A stretch of DNA of 63,862 nt, counting the filler, from Reclinomonas americana ATCC 50394 (taxonomy: Eukaryota), in the NCBI GenBank assembly GCA_048213135.1. It is 15 parts of 15 records of this genome, joined end to end, with 100 filler letters (N's around TTAATTAATTAA, not from the genome) between each part and the next. Parts side by side here need not be neighbours in the genome. Positions count along the whole stretch, not along the records: positions 6,521 to 18,858 come from AFZH01022103.1; positions 18,959 to 20,603 come from AFZH01022105.1; positions 20,704 to 22,924 come from AFZH01022106.1; positions 23,025 to 25,165 come from AFZH01022108.1; positions 25,266 to 26,612 come from AFZH01022109.1; 10 more parts are not named here. The stretch is one strand, 5' to 3'. Below the pieces are notes generated by a model that was given only the letters and a program-made list of their open reading frames with translations, was not told where the DNA came from and made no database searches. Numbering within the stretch: the first letter of the stretch is position 1; each line of letters starts with the position of its first letter. Positions 13,601-26,300 of this stretch are shown here, one piece after another. The position numbers were made by a program, and so were the translations under genes.

Positions 13601-16600
13601 TCCAACTCGTGCTGCCTGGCGCGGTACCGCAACGAGGCCTGCCACCATGTGAGAAACCGTCGCAGCGTGTGCCTCCTGAATAAATCGTCGGCCTTTTTGT
13701 GCTCCGTTGCGGCTTGCAGACTGAGGCACGTGGCTCGTCGCCATCGCCGACAGAAACGACGCAGCTCCCACCGTCGAACAATCTGCGCCGCCCGCTGACC
13801 GAGTGGCCGCAGTACGCTCACCGGCTCCGCCAACTTGGTGAGCGCCATGAACGCCGTGCGCAGTCTCTCGTCTGTGGGTGGGCGTTCAGAAAAAGGCAAA
13901 GAGGAGGGCAGACGAAGGAGGAAGAGAGGCACACAACTGTTGATGCGCTCCTCAATGCTGCCGATCGCCAGTCGAATCCATCGTGATGCCGCGGTGCGGG
14001 CGCGCAGAGCGAGGAGGAAGAGTTTGGCAGTGTACTTGGTGCGCAGCGTGGCCACCAGTGATAATGCGGCGGCGGTGTTGGGTGGTGGGGCGAGTTCCTA
14101 AATGGGGAAAGGGAAAGGGGGAAGGATGGGGAAGGGGGGGGGGGGGAGGGGGGGAAGGTGGAGAAGAGAAGGGGGAGAAGGGAGAGGAGGAGGAGGAGGG
14201 ATGAGGGAAGCGGTGAAGTGAGGAGTGGAGAGGAAAGGAGGTGAGGGAAGGGAGGAGAGGGAGGAGAGGGAGGAGAGAACAGGAGATAAAAGAACAGGAG
14301 ATGAGAAGAGAAGAGAGGAGAGGAGAGGAGAGGAGACCAGAGACAGAAAGAGAAAAGAAGGAAGAGGCAAGTATGGGATGAAGAGAAGAGAACAAGAGAT
14401 GAGGTGAGATGAGACAGGAAGAAAAGAGACGAGAAGAGATGAGACGAGATGAGAATAGAAGAGAATGGAAAAGAAGGGATTGAAGAAGAAGGAAAGAGAA
14501 GAAAAGAAGAAAGAGGAGAGGTGACGAGAAGAGGAGACGAGTAGAGAACACGAGAGTAAAGAGAGAAGAAGAGTATAGAGAAGAGAAGATAGGCAGGATG
14601 AGGAAACGAGAATAGCGAGGGTGAAACGAGAGAAAAGGGAAGTGCAGAATAGAGAAAAGAAAAGGAGCAGAAAGAAAGCGAGGAAAAGAGTGACAAGGTG
14701 AGACAGAAAACTGCAATCTTGTCATTTCTGTCGCCACACATGGCTCGCTGGCTTCTCCTTGCCCAACACGTTTTTTATGTCGCCTCCCTCTTCGACCGTC
14801 TGTCTGTTGCTCTGGTCTCTCTGCCTCACTCACTGCTTCACTTTGGAAGACGGGGAGCTGGAAAGATGACGACCAGCAGGGGAGGAAGGGAGAAGGGAAG
14901 AGAAGAGAGTGGAGATGAGAAAGAGATGATGGAAGATATCAGATTTGAGAAGGGAAGAAGAGAAGTGATACCAAGAAGAACCTCTTCCTCTCTCCGCAAC
15001 ACCAACCTTGGGCATTCGCAGCGGCTTCCCCGCCGTCTTGTCCTGCGTTGCCGTACCCGCCGCTGCTGATGGCGGCTGCGGCGGCTTGGGCCTGCCCAAC
15101 CGGCCCGTACTCGCCGATCGCGCCTGTCCGTCGGCCGGCTTCCGTTCCGCTGGCCGTCTCCGATCAACCTCCAGTGCATCCTCGTAGGTCATGGTGGGTG
15201 GCGTGCGGGCGGCGCGTTCCGCGGCCGCCACCGCCAGCAGATCACGTTCCTTTTCCCGCAACTCGCGCAGACGCTCAAGCACCTCCAGCGCCGGCTCCAA
15301 TGCTTGTCGCTGTCGGTCGTGTGCCTCCATCCGCAACCGTCGCAGCACCTCCATCTCCACCATGTGCATGCGACCGACGGCATCGCAGTACTCGCGACTG
15401 GAGCGCTCCATCGACACTGTGCGCTCACTGTCACCAATCGCCGGAGCCATGGCGGCAACAGGCAAGGGTGCTGTTGTAGTGGCGCTGGGTGGCGGGGCGC
15501 CTCGCAGTGTCGGCAAGTGCGGCGACTCGAACGCAGATGGCCTGCTGGAGAGTGCGGCGGGGCGGACGACTGCCATTTGAGGCGATGCTTGTGTGGCAGT
15601 CACGCCGAGGCCGCGTTCCGCTTGCGACAGGGTGTGGTGAAGTGCTGGCCGCTTGGCCGCCGCCGCCGTCGTTGCCACTGTGGATGATGTTGGTTGCCAC
15701 GCCGCCTGTGACGTAGGTGTGGAAACAACAAGTGGTGGGGGAGGAGGAGGTGGCGGTGGCAGTGGCTGGGAAGGGAATGATGGCGCCGATTGAGGTGCGG
15801 GTAATGTCGGAGTTGGCACGGCGGGGGCATGTGCGGGTCTTCTTGGCGGTGGAGAGGGATCGGTGCGCAAGCGGGGCACTTGCGTAGGTCGATCCTCCAC
15901 AGTGACGGTGGTGGTGATGCTTGTGGCGGTAGTGGGGTCTTGCAAGGGTCGACGTTCTGCAGACCACAGGAAAAGTGAGTCTCTCAACATGCGACAAGAG
16001 TTTGATCGCATTCACCATGCAGAGGCGGCCTGGTTGGGGCAGGCTGCGGGGGCAACGGTGCAGGCTCTGGAGTGGGTGCCTCGGTGACGGGAGATCGCTG
16101 CGGCGAAGGGCGCCGTGCATGGAACAGAACCGGCTGCTTCGACAAGTCAACAAACAACTTCACTAGCAAGCACGCAGAGAGAGAGAACACACCTCAGGCA
16201 GCGACTCCAGCAGCCCACGTGAGCTCTCTACCGACTCAACGACCCTGGCCGGCGATGGCGTGCGAGTACGCGGCTGCTTTCGCGACAAGAGCATCAGCTT
16301 GGCCTTGATTTCGTCGTCTGTCGGCGCCCGTCTCCTTTGCTGCTGCTGTCGATGCAACGGCATATCGTCGGTGGCCACGGACGGAGCACGCACTACCGGT
16401 GTGGCAACAGTCATGGTCGACAGAGGCGAGACCATCAGCGATGACTCGGAGAGCATCGACAGCGAAGGAGCGATGGGAGTGGCGGGCACAGGCACTGGCG
16501 GCTGCGCCTCTGGAGACGACGATGCCGACGAGGACGAGACAAAGAACGATGCGTCTTGTGGTGGAAGAGGAGGTGGAGGCGGTGGAGGAGGAGCAGAAGG

Positions 16601-17756
16601 AGGTGAAGGCGATCGCGTGTGAGTGGTGCTGCTGCCGAGGCGAGGAGGCGGACCATCGACCGATCGCACCAATCGCTTCGTGTCGGTGGGACTGTGCGTG
16701 CATGTGCAGTGAGACTCATGTGAAGTGAGAGTGAGGACACAGAGAGCGCAACATAAAGTCGCCCATGAGCGATGGAGTCGGCCGCAGTCCGTGATGGCGA
16801 TCGCGGATCGGTGAGACCGAGTGCAGGTACGCTCGATGTGGCGATGGCGAGTCTCTATCAACACGAGTAAGATCTGTGTGTGAGTGTGAGAGAGAGGCAC
16901 GAGACAACGCACCTCTTTGCTGCAGAGGCCGACAATGGAGGTTTGAGAGGGTGGCGAGAGGTCGGCGACAGTTCCTCATCATCGACATCGTCTTCGCTGG
17001 ATGGTGGTCGTCGACGCTGATCGGCAATGCGCTCACGCGTGGATCGGTACGTAGTGAGCAGCGTGGGTGCGCCGCCGGTGGGAGAGGTCGACCGGCGAGT
17101 GCGTCGACTTTGCTCCATCGATGAGTGAATGTTATGTGTCGTTGATTTTTGGCGCCAAAATTTGGGAAAGGGTGGGGAGGGGAAGGGGGGTGGGGATGAA
17201 AAGGCTGGGGAGGTGAGGGAAGTGCTTCTCCTACAAGTCTGTTGTCTGTGGCGAGATGGCGGCTCTTGGCTTCGTGCGACGTCGTGAAGTTGATGAACGT
17301 CGCAGTGGTGAGTGAAGGGTTGAGACGGGCAATGGCATAGCTGCGCACTGTCATATTGAGGGTAAAAGGGGTCGAGGGAACAACGATTCCACGCACGCTT
17401 GCGCGGGTCAGGAAGAACAGAGCAGCCGCGCTGCGATTGCTTGACTTTGCCTACTGGACGGGAAGATGACTGTGTGGAGAAGACGATCGTAGTTTGTACC
17501 TTGGTCATTGCAGCATATATGACGCTGATCACACTCACGCATCGGTTCAAGGGCATAGAGTGCACAGGCTTGTCGAGCGGTGCGTGAAAGACTTGAGGGT
17601 GAGAGAGTCCACAAGTGCATGAAACAATGTTGCAGACAACACAGACTTCCATGTCCTCCCTCGTGAGGCGCGTTCTGCTGCTATGGTGTCAACGGTGCGA
17701 CTGAGACTGCTGCGGTGACTGAGGTTGAGATTGTTGCTACTGTTGCTAGCGAACAT
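7624..17756 (-). CDS. Large Sfi1-like centrin-binding repeat protein with Pro/Ser-rich regions and a C-terminal ~41-aa tandem repeat (multi-exon; could be two genes)
   Basis: Many exons carry Sfi1-type L...F..W(R/K) motifs (LQWAFARWS, LRRHWRMWRK, MRQTCFDHWQ, LRRFLTWWQ, LPYFFRKWVQ, LRMQYFVHWQ). Long last exon 7624-~9550. Putative ATG at 17756 (MFASNSSNNL); the exon chain was not fully resolved. Confidence 0.65.
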
Positions 17757-17902
17757 GATGCTGCAGTTGCAGAAGCACTCTCGGTGCTGCTCTCTCTGCG
17801 ATGCTGTTGAAGTGACGGGGGTGCGTCTCCACCAGGTCCACAACGCAAGCAGCAGCAGGCGAACAAAACAGAACCGCAAGCTTTTTCACGCCGCACTCAT
17901 CA

Positions 17903-20900
17903 TCACATTCGCGGCTGTGAACCCTGCCGTGACAAACCCGTGCTGGTCGGTCCACCGAGGCCGCCTCCCGGCGCAGAGGCACTGCTGCCTGCGCCTTCCT
18001 CGCTGTACCAGCACGACAGTGAGACTTCTGCAACCTCCACACACGAACGCCAGATCAACACGGAACCGTGGAACCGATGGCCGTCTCCTGCGCTTCTGTT
18101 CCTCCAGGTTGCGCACAAAGATGCGTTGCTGGTTGGTGATTTCGGTGCCGTCGAGGGAGCCTGCAAAGAGGGAGAATGAGCGGTGAGGAAGAGGCACAGA
18201 GAGAGGGAGGGAAGAAAGCGCGAGGGAGAAGAAAGTGATGAGTGCTGAGAGAGGGAGGTGGTGAGAGAGAGAAAGGAGAGAACGGGCAGCGCGAGAAAGA
18301 GAAGATAGTAATGAGCGAGCACAGACAGTGAAGAGAGTGATGAGTGCTGAGAAAGGGAGGTGGTGAGAGAGAGAAGGAGGGAAAGGCCTGCGCGAGGGAG
18401 AAGAAAGCGATGAATGATGAGAGAAAGAGAGAGAGAAGTAGGGAAAAGGCAGCGCGAGGGAGAGGAGGAGGGAAAGGGCAGCGCGAGGGAGAGAAGAAAG
18501 TGATGAGTGTTGAGAGAAAGAGAGAAGGAGAGAAAGGGCAGCACGAGGGAGAGAAGAAAGTAATGAGTGAGAGCAGAAGTAGTGAGCGAGCGCAGACAGT
18601 GAGTAAGAGAGTGATGATTGCTGAGAGAGGGAGGAGGTGAGTGAGAGAGAGAGAAGGAGAGAAAGGCCTGCGCGAGGGAGAGAAGAAAGTAATGAGCGGG
18701 TGCAGAGAGTGAGTAAGAGAGTGATGAGTGCTGAGAGAGGGAGGCGGTGAGAGAGAGAGAGAAGGAGGGAAGGCCTGCGCGAGGGAGAAGAAAGCGATGA
18801 GTGTTGAGAGAAAGAGAGAAGGAGAGAAAGGGCAGCGCGAGAAAGAGAAGATAGCAATNNNNNNNNNNNNNNNNNNNNNNNNNNNNNNNNNNNNNNNNNN
18901 NNTTAATTAATTAANNNNNNNNNNNNNNNNNNNNNNNNNNNNNNNNNNNNNNNNNNNNGAACGAGACGGAAGGTGAACGAGACGAAAGGTGAACGAGACG
19001 GAAGGTAAACGAGACGGAAGGTGAACGAGACGGAAGGTAAACGAGACGGAAGGTAAACGAGAGGAAAGGTGGACGAGAGGGGAGGTGGACGAGAGGGGAG
19101 GTGGACGAGAGGGGAGGTGGACGAGAGAGAGGAAAGGCGAACGAGAGGGAAGGCAGACGAGATGGAAAGGGAATTACAGGAAAAGTGAACGAAAACGATA
19201 GGAACGTTCAAAGGAAAGGAGAGAAGGAAGCAAGAAGAAGACGAATCGAGAAATGGAAGTGAGTGGGTAGAGGGAACAAGTGGACAGGAGAGGAGGAAAA
19301 TGGGGTCTTGGGTGGAAAAGGGAAAGAGAGATGAGCGAGAAAAGTAAAGTGGGAGATTCCAAGCGAGGTATGAACACACACAAACGAGGGAGATTACACA
19401 GAAGAGCACAAAGACGAATCAACGGTGCGTGAAACGAGAGAATAATACCGACAGAGGGAAGAGAAAGGATTAATTGGGACGGAGAACAGGGAGCGCGTGG
19501 GGGAAAGAAAGTGAGATATGTGAGAAGAGACATGAACACACTGACACAGAAGATTACAAAGCCGAATCGACAGTGCTGTGAGACGAGCGAGTGCCAATTG
19601 CAAACGGCGAGATGAAAACAGTGAGATGGCAGAAAACATCTGGATGATCGACAAACCTCCAAATCACCAGCGGCACACCCGGCAAGGTTCATCTTGCGCA
19701 CGCGCATGAGCATGGAGAGGGGCTTTACGTCTTGGATCGGGCAGTTGGCGCAGTTGAGGACCACGAGTGATCGCTGAATGAAAACGATGAGAAGAGAACC
19801 CGTGTTCTGCACCCTCCACTCGCACTCACCGACACCGCCCTCAATGACATCTCCTCAAACGTCATCGGCTCCCCGTCGACCGGCTGCTGGCCCGCCAGAT
19901 GCAACTCCTCCAACCGCGTGCACCTCTGCAGACCCTCCACCCTCGATATCCGATTGTGATCCAAATACCTATCACAGCCGTTCAGCCTCTCTTCGTCATC
20001 TTCACCGCATAGGCACAACCACCACAATAGGCGCGCAACAGTTTTCTCAATTCGCACAGCGACTCGAGGCCCTCCATCGTGGTGACGGCGTTGTTTTGCA
20101 AGTACAGGTGCGTCAGCTGGGTGGCCCAGTCGAGGTGCGTGATGCGCGTCAGCTGGTTATCGTACAGATACAGAGATTTCACATTGGGGCACATGGGGAG
20201 GTTCGGCTGCCGGCACACTCGAGTCAAGGCAAGGAAGTGGACAGGGGTGTGTGCACTGCAGCGCAAGACGCAACGATTTCCGCCAGCTGATTGCCATCGA
20301 AATGGAGATGCGTGAGGCGCAACAAAAAGGCACGCAGACTCTCGTTGCGATTCTTGCGCTGATCCTTGTGCGACGCGCGGAAAATGAGCTCGCGAATGTC
20401 GGTGGTGAGGTGAAGAGCACGCATTTCGTCGTCGTCGCTGCCGCCGGGTGAGCGTGCGCCGCCCGAGCCAGTGTCCTGGGAGTCTACGTCTGTGCACAAA
20501 GGAGAAGGATGAGCGACGAGGGGAGGAGGAAGGAAAGGGGAAGGATGAGGAGGGGAGTAGGGGGAGGGTGGGAAAGGGAGGGAGGGAAAGGGGGAAGGGA
20601 GGGNNNNNNNNNNNNNNNNNNNNNNNNNNNNNNNNNNNNNNNNNNNNTTAATTAATTAANNNNNNNNNNNNNNNNNNNNNNNNNNNNNNNNNNNNNNNNN
20701 NNNAAAGGGAGGGAAAGGGAGGGAAAGGGAGGGAAAGGGAGGGAAAGGGAGGGAAAGGGAGGGAAAGGGAGGGAAAGGGAGGGAAAGGGAGGAAAAGGAA
20801 GAGAAGAAGGAGGGGAGAGGGAAAGGGAGAGAAGAGGGAAGGGGCGGGCGGTACCATCGAGTTGCATGGAGAGTGATTCGCCGGCGTCGATGAGGCGGAA

Positions 20901-23117
20901 GTGCTCTTGCAGGAGCTGCGCGAGGAAGGGAAAGGAAGGGTGAATAAGAGAGCAAAGAGAGAGGAGGTAAGGGCTAATCACGCTGACCTTCAGAGTGACA
21001 GATCCAGCGCCGACCAAGAACTGGTCCACAGCCGCGCCCAAATGCCTGTACACTTCGCCGGCTACCCGGGCCGCCAGTGATCGCAGTTGTGGGTTGCTGT
21101 TGCCAACGGCATCCAGGATGGTGTGTGTGAGGCATCCCTGCAGATACGGGAAGGGAGAGAGTGAGGAAGAGGAGAGTGTGTGAGCGCGAGGAATGGGTGA
21201 TGTGAGCGCGAGATGGAAAAAGAGCAACGTGGATACGACGAAGGGAAGAGCGATGTGAACAAGGGGAGAGTTATGTTAGGGCGAGGAAGGGAGGGTGATA
21301 CGAGCACGAAGAAAGAAAGAGGACGAGGAAGGGGAGAATGATGCGAGCACGTGCAAGGAGATAGCGATGCGAGCAAGAAGAATAGGAGAGACAAGAGCAC
21401 GAGGAAGGGATAGTGATAAGAGCACAAAGCAGAGGTGAGTGATGTGAGCTCGAAGAAGGGGAAAGTGATGCGAGCGTGAGCGCGAGGGACGGGATAGCGA
21501 TGTTAGCAAGAAGAAGAGGAGAGTGAGGTGAGCACGAGGAAGAGGAGAGAAGCGAGTGCGAGGAAGAGGAGAGCGATGTTAGTACGAGAGAAGAGAGCGA
21601 TGTGAGCTCGAAGAAGGGGAGAGTGAAGTGAGTGCGAGGAAGGGGAGAGCGATGTTAGTACGAGAGAAGAGAGAGAGAGAGAGAGGAGAGCACGAGGAAG
21701 GGGAGAGTGATGTGAGAGAGGAAAGAATGAGCGATGTGAGCGCGAGGAAGGGGAGAGCAAGGTGAGTGCGAGGAAGAAGAGAGCGATGTGAACGTGAGGA
21801 AGGAAAGGGATGTGAGCGCGAGGAATGTGATCGAACGGAGGTGAGCCTCGCATTAAACACGCCAGACTCCGCCATAAGAAATGCAGAGATAACGACGAGC
21901 GAAGCTGAGCGAGGAGCTGGAGACGGGAGGAACAAGACCAGAAGAATCACGCAGATCGTCTTCCCTCCGTCGACGCCACTCACCGCCAAGTCATACTCGG
22001 CGAGTTTCGCACCCACACGAGTCACCACACATCCAATGGCTGAGCACTTGCCGGCTGTCGCTCTCCACGACGCCTCGGCTGGGTAGTCGAGCACGAGGGT
22101 CAACAGCTGACTGGGCGTGACAATCTGTGGTGAAGGAAGGGTGTGAGAGAGACCGTCAGCGGGACATGTGTGCATGGCGCGCAACATTGGAGTCAGTGAT
22201 CTTTGCCAACGCGTCGAATGCAAGCATGCGGTGGCGGGCCTCCTCGTGCGCCGACACGGGGAGAATGGCGTGGAGGAGGCAGGCGGTGCAGTTAAAGAGC
22301 TGTTGCTTGCTGGCGCGGCGAATGACGCCGTTGAGATCTGCGAAAAGGGAAAGGGTGAATTAGGGAAAGGGTAAAAGGGAAAAAGATGGAGAGACGGTGT
22401 AAAGTGTGTGTGTGAGAGAGAGTTGAGATGTTTGAAAAGCAAAGTTGGAAAGGCCAGTGATCTAGAGAAAGTTTCAAATTGACGCAAACAAGGAGAAAGA
22501 GAGCAACTCACCCAGCACCTTGGTCAGCACCACCAGCGCCCGCTGCGCCACCGCCAACACCTCATCGCCAAACATCTGCACGACCACGCCCACCGCCGCG
22601 TCAAACAGGCGCGTCTTGGCGAGCGGCATGCCGCCGTTGGGCAGCAGCACGAGGCCCTTGGGCAGTTCGGTGGCGTCCGACAGCAGCGAGGCCACGTCGT
22701 TGAGGCAGCCGAGGCGTTCGAGTTCGAAGGGTTGCTTGAGGCGCATGCGGGTGGCGGTGCCGAAGACGGATTCGATGAGGTCCAGGCGGGAGTCCTCGTC
22801 CTCTGCAAATGAGGGAAGGGGGTGGGAAAGGGGGAAGGGCGGGAAGGGGGAGGAAAAGGGGGAGGGAGGGAAGGGGGAGGGAGGAGAGGGGGAGGAAGGG
22901 GGGGAAGGAGGAGGAAGGAGGAGGNNNNNNNNNNNNNNNNNNNNNNNNNNNNNNNNNNNNNNNNNNNNTTAATTAATTAANNNNNNNNNNNNNNNNNNNN
23001 NNNNNNNNNNNNNNNNNNNNNNNNAGCCGCCGCAGACGCCGTCGCCACTGATGCAGCAGGCGGCGCAGACGCAGACGGCACAGAGCCGCGACCGCGACGC
23101 ACAGGCGAAACACTCAT
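17903..23117 (-). CDS. TOG/HEAT-like domain fused to a PPP1R42 (LRRC67/TLRR)-like SDS22-type LRR domain (multi-exon)
   Basis: LRR exons LTHLHFDGNQL, VKSLYLYDNQLTRITHLDWATQLTHLYLQNN, LEELHLAGQQ...EPMTF and cap SLDGTEITNQQRIF closely parallel PPP1R42. Upstream exons (20850-22800) are HEAT-like (DAVGNSNPQLRSLAARVAGEVYRHLG). ATG 23117 (MSVSPVRR); probable stop at 17903. Part of the LRR cap is likely hidden in gap 18859-18958. Confidence 0.75.
18190..19140. repeat. Intronic GA-rich compound tandem repeats
   Basis: Recurrent GCGCGAGGGAGAGAAGAAAGT(G/A)ATGAG units (18200-18850) and AACGAGACGGAAGGT(G/A) units (18960-19080). Confidence 0.8.
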
Positions 23118-23306
23118 TTTTTCAATTACACAATAAAAATGCGAAAAAGTAACGGTCGAATATTGGTCGGTCGCGTGTCCTCGCACTCTCTCACGAATCA
23201 CACGCACACACGAGTGAGTGAGTGTGTGTAAGTGTGTGAGTGAGTGTGTGTGTGAAAGAGTGAGTGATTGAGTGTGTTTTCATCGCTTCTCTCCTCTCTC
23301 TCTCGC

Positions 23307-23351
<45 letters not shown>

Positions 23352-23354
23352 AGT
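23118..23354. promoter_or_regulatory. Short putative bidirectional promoter
   Basis: 237 bp between divergent ATGs at 23117 (-) and 23355 (+); positional inference only. Confidence 0.5.
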
Positions 23355-26300
23355 ATGAGTGGGCGTCGCAAACTGCCTCCTCCGCCTGTGCTTGCGTCTC
23401 CGTCGTCGGCTTCTTCTGCGAATGCGACAGTGCCTTCTCCGCTTGCGGCGGTGTCCAAGGCGCTGTCGCCATCGGTGCAGGCGGTGAAGAGTTTGTTGGT
23501 GAGTGAATGGGGAGAGAGAGAGATGAGAGAGAGAGGTGGTGTGTTCGGATTGTGACAGTGTGTGAGAATGTGCGTGTGTGTGCGTGTGTGAGAGAGAGGT
23601 ACGTGTTGTTGACGTGCGTTGTGAGTGTGAGAATGTGTGTGAGTGAGTGAGCGTGAATGAGTTTATGATCGTGTCCATTTATCGTTTCGTGCTTCTTCTC
23701 TGCGCTCTGTTCTTCAGTTCGCTTTGTGTGTCTCTGTCCCGTTCTTGTTCTCTCGCTCTCTTGCTTTCTTTATGTGTGTGTCAGTGAAGGGATCGCGAGA
23801 TGTATTGTTGGCGTTTATCGTTTGCCCAGTCATGCTTCCACTCTCTGCTCTCTTATTCTCTTGCTGTTTCGCGACGAGCTCTGTGACAGTTGGTCAGCGT
23901 GATTTTTCTCTCTGTTCTCTGACTTCCTCGCTCTCTCTCTCTCTCTCCTGCTTTCTCATTCTCTCTGTCATTTCCTTCATGCGTGGCGTCAGCGACAGAT
24001 CACGGGATGTATCGTCGCCATTTATCGGGTCTTTGCAACTCACCGCGCTTTTACGCTGTCAACGGTGCACATTGCCTTTCTCCATCCTCATCCCCGCTCT
24101 CTCTGTGAGAGAATATCGTTGTTTGCAAGTGTTTTTTGCACGCCGCACCCCCTCCCTGCCTGTGCTCTCCCTCTCTCCTTCTCCTGTTTTCTCTCTCCCC
24201 CCTTTCATCACTCCGTGGTTCTCATTTCTCCTCCTTGACAGGCCAACGGCATGCTCAAGCCCGCAGCCTCAGCTGCTGCGCCTTCCCAACCCCCACCACC
24301 TCCACTTCCGCTCTTATCCACCGCCACCGCCGGCTCGCTGGGACCGGCCTTGTCGGTGACGCTGGACACGACATCGTTTCTGCACGAGTTGTACGCCGCG
24401 GCGCAGCAGACGGGCGATGTGGTGATTCATACGGGCGATGGAGGCGTGCTCCGTGCGCATCGGTTGTTTCTGCGGGCGCGGTCGCCCTATTTTTCGGTGA
24501 TGTTGGATGGAGGTTCGTTGGGGGGAACGGAGGGAAGTGGGGAAAGATAACAGGAGCGAGTCTGATGTCCTGTGATGAAACTATCGACATGGAGAGAGAA
24601 AAAAGGCAGACAGAGAGATAGAGAGAGAGAGAAGACAAAGAGAGTGTGGTTGCGACCTGTCCTATGATTATGTGAGAGTGAGAGAGCGGGAGGAAGACAG
24701 GGAATCAGAGTGTGACTAGGACGCAGCCCTTGTCACTAAACGACTGTCTGAATTGCGTCCGCTCTTCTCCTGCAGATTGGATGGAGTCGGCACAGGGCGT
24801 TGTACAGAAACCAAACGTGACCAAGTCGACAATGGAGGCATTGCTTCGTTTTATTTACACGGGGGAGTTGGTAATTCAAGGTGCGCGATGGGGAACACAG
24901 CATGTCCTGCCTTCTCTTTCTCCTTTCCCGTTCCCGTCTCCCTTATCCCTCTCACCCTCTCCTCCCAGAAACCCGCGAAGTGGTCTCCGTGATGAAAGCC
25001 GCCGACGAACTGCGCATCGAATCCGTGTACCACACCTGCAACGACTTTATGACCAACCTGCTACACCGCCTGTCGCCCGACGAGAATACTGTGGACATTC
25101 TCGGCGTGTGGGTGCGTTCTCCCAAAGATTTCCCACTGCCATCGGCCCCCTCCTTTTCCTCAATCNNNNNNNNNNNNNNNNNNNNNNNNNNNNNNNNNNN
25201 NNNNNNNNNTTAATTAATTAANNNNNNNNNNNNNNNNNNNNNNNNNNNNNNNNNNNNNNNNNNNNGTCGGCGCAGGTGGAGGCACAAGACCTGGAGCCCT
25301 TCTGCACCGACTGTCAACGATGGATCTGCGATCACGCCTCGCGCATCTTTGCGCGGCCCACGTGCGCGACGCATTTGACAGTGGATCAGTTGCGGTATCT
25401 GCTGTCATTAGAGCTGCGCGCGGAAGAGATTCAATTGTGGAGAGCGGTGCTGCATTGGGGCTGGTGCGCTTACGTCAGAGGTCGTGCTCCTGGTTATATT
25501 GTGGGTGCTCACACTCCGCGCATGCAGTCACCAAGTTGGGCTGTTGGTCTCGCAACAAGAGAGCTGGAGCGACAGCGACAGGCGACGGCTCGGCGCGGTG
25601 TGTGGTCCGCTGTTTGACGAGCTGTGCTTTCATCGGATACCGGTGCAGCTGTTCTTGGTGTGTGTTTCTCCATCTGGAATGTGCTGCTGTGACGTGTCTG
25701 TGACCGCCACCCGTGCAGGATGAAGTGCGATCGACGCGTTTGTTGCCGGCGGATGTGGTGGCGTCGCGGCTGGAGTTTGAGTTTGCGCCGCCCGATCTGG
25801 GTGTGACGGAGCAGCTGAGGAGATGGAATGCGCTGGCGGAGAGTTGCGGCGCAGAAGGGTGGAGGGGAAGGGTGTCTTGAGAATCGGCGTTGGTCTTCTT
25901 TGATACGCACTCATTATTTCTCCCCGATCTCATTCTCTCTCCGTGTCTTTCACTCGCTTTCTCTCTATCTTTCTTACTTCTCTCTTACACTCTTTTTCTT
26001 TCTTGTTTCTCTCTTACACTCTTTTTCTTTGTTGCTTTCTCTCTTGCGCACACACTCTGTCTGTTGCACACATATGCTCTTCCTCTTTCTCTCTCTATCT
26101 CTATCTCTTCATCTCACTGATCTTTCGCTTTTTCTCTTTATCGATCTCTCTTTTTATCTCTCTCTATCTCTCTTTATCTCTTTCGTCTCACTGATCTCTC
26201 GCTTTTTCTCTTCATCGATCTCTCTTTCTATCTCTCTTTCTCTCGTTCTCTCGTTCTCTCTTTCTCTGTTGAGGTGTCCCTCCCCCATTTTTGTCGTCTC

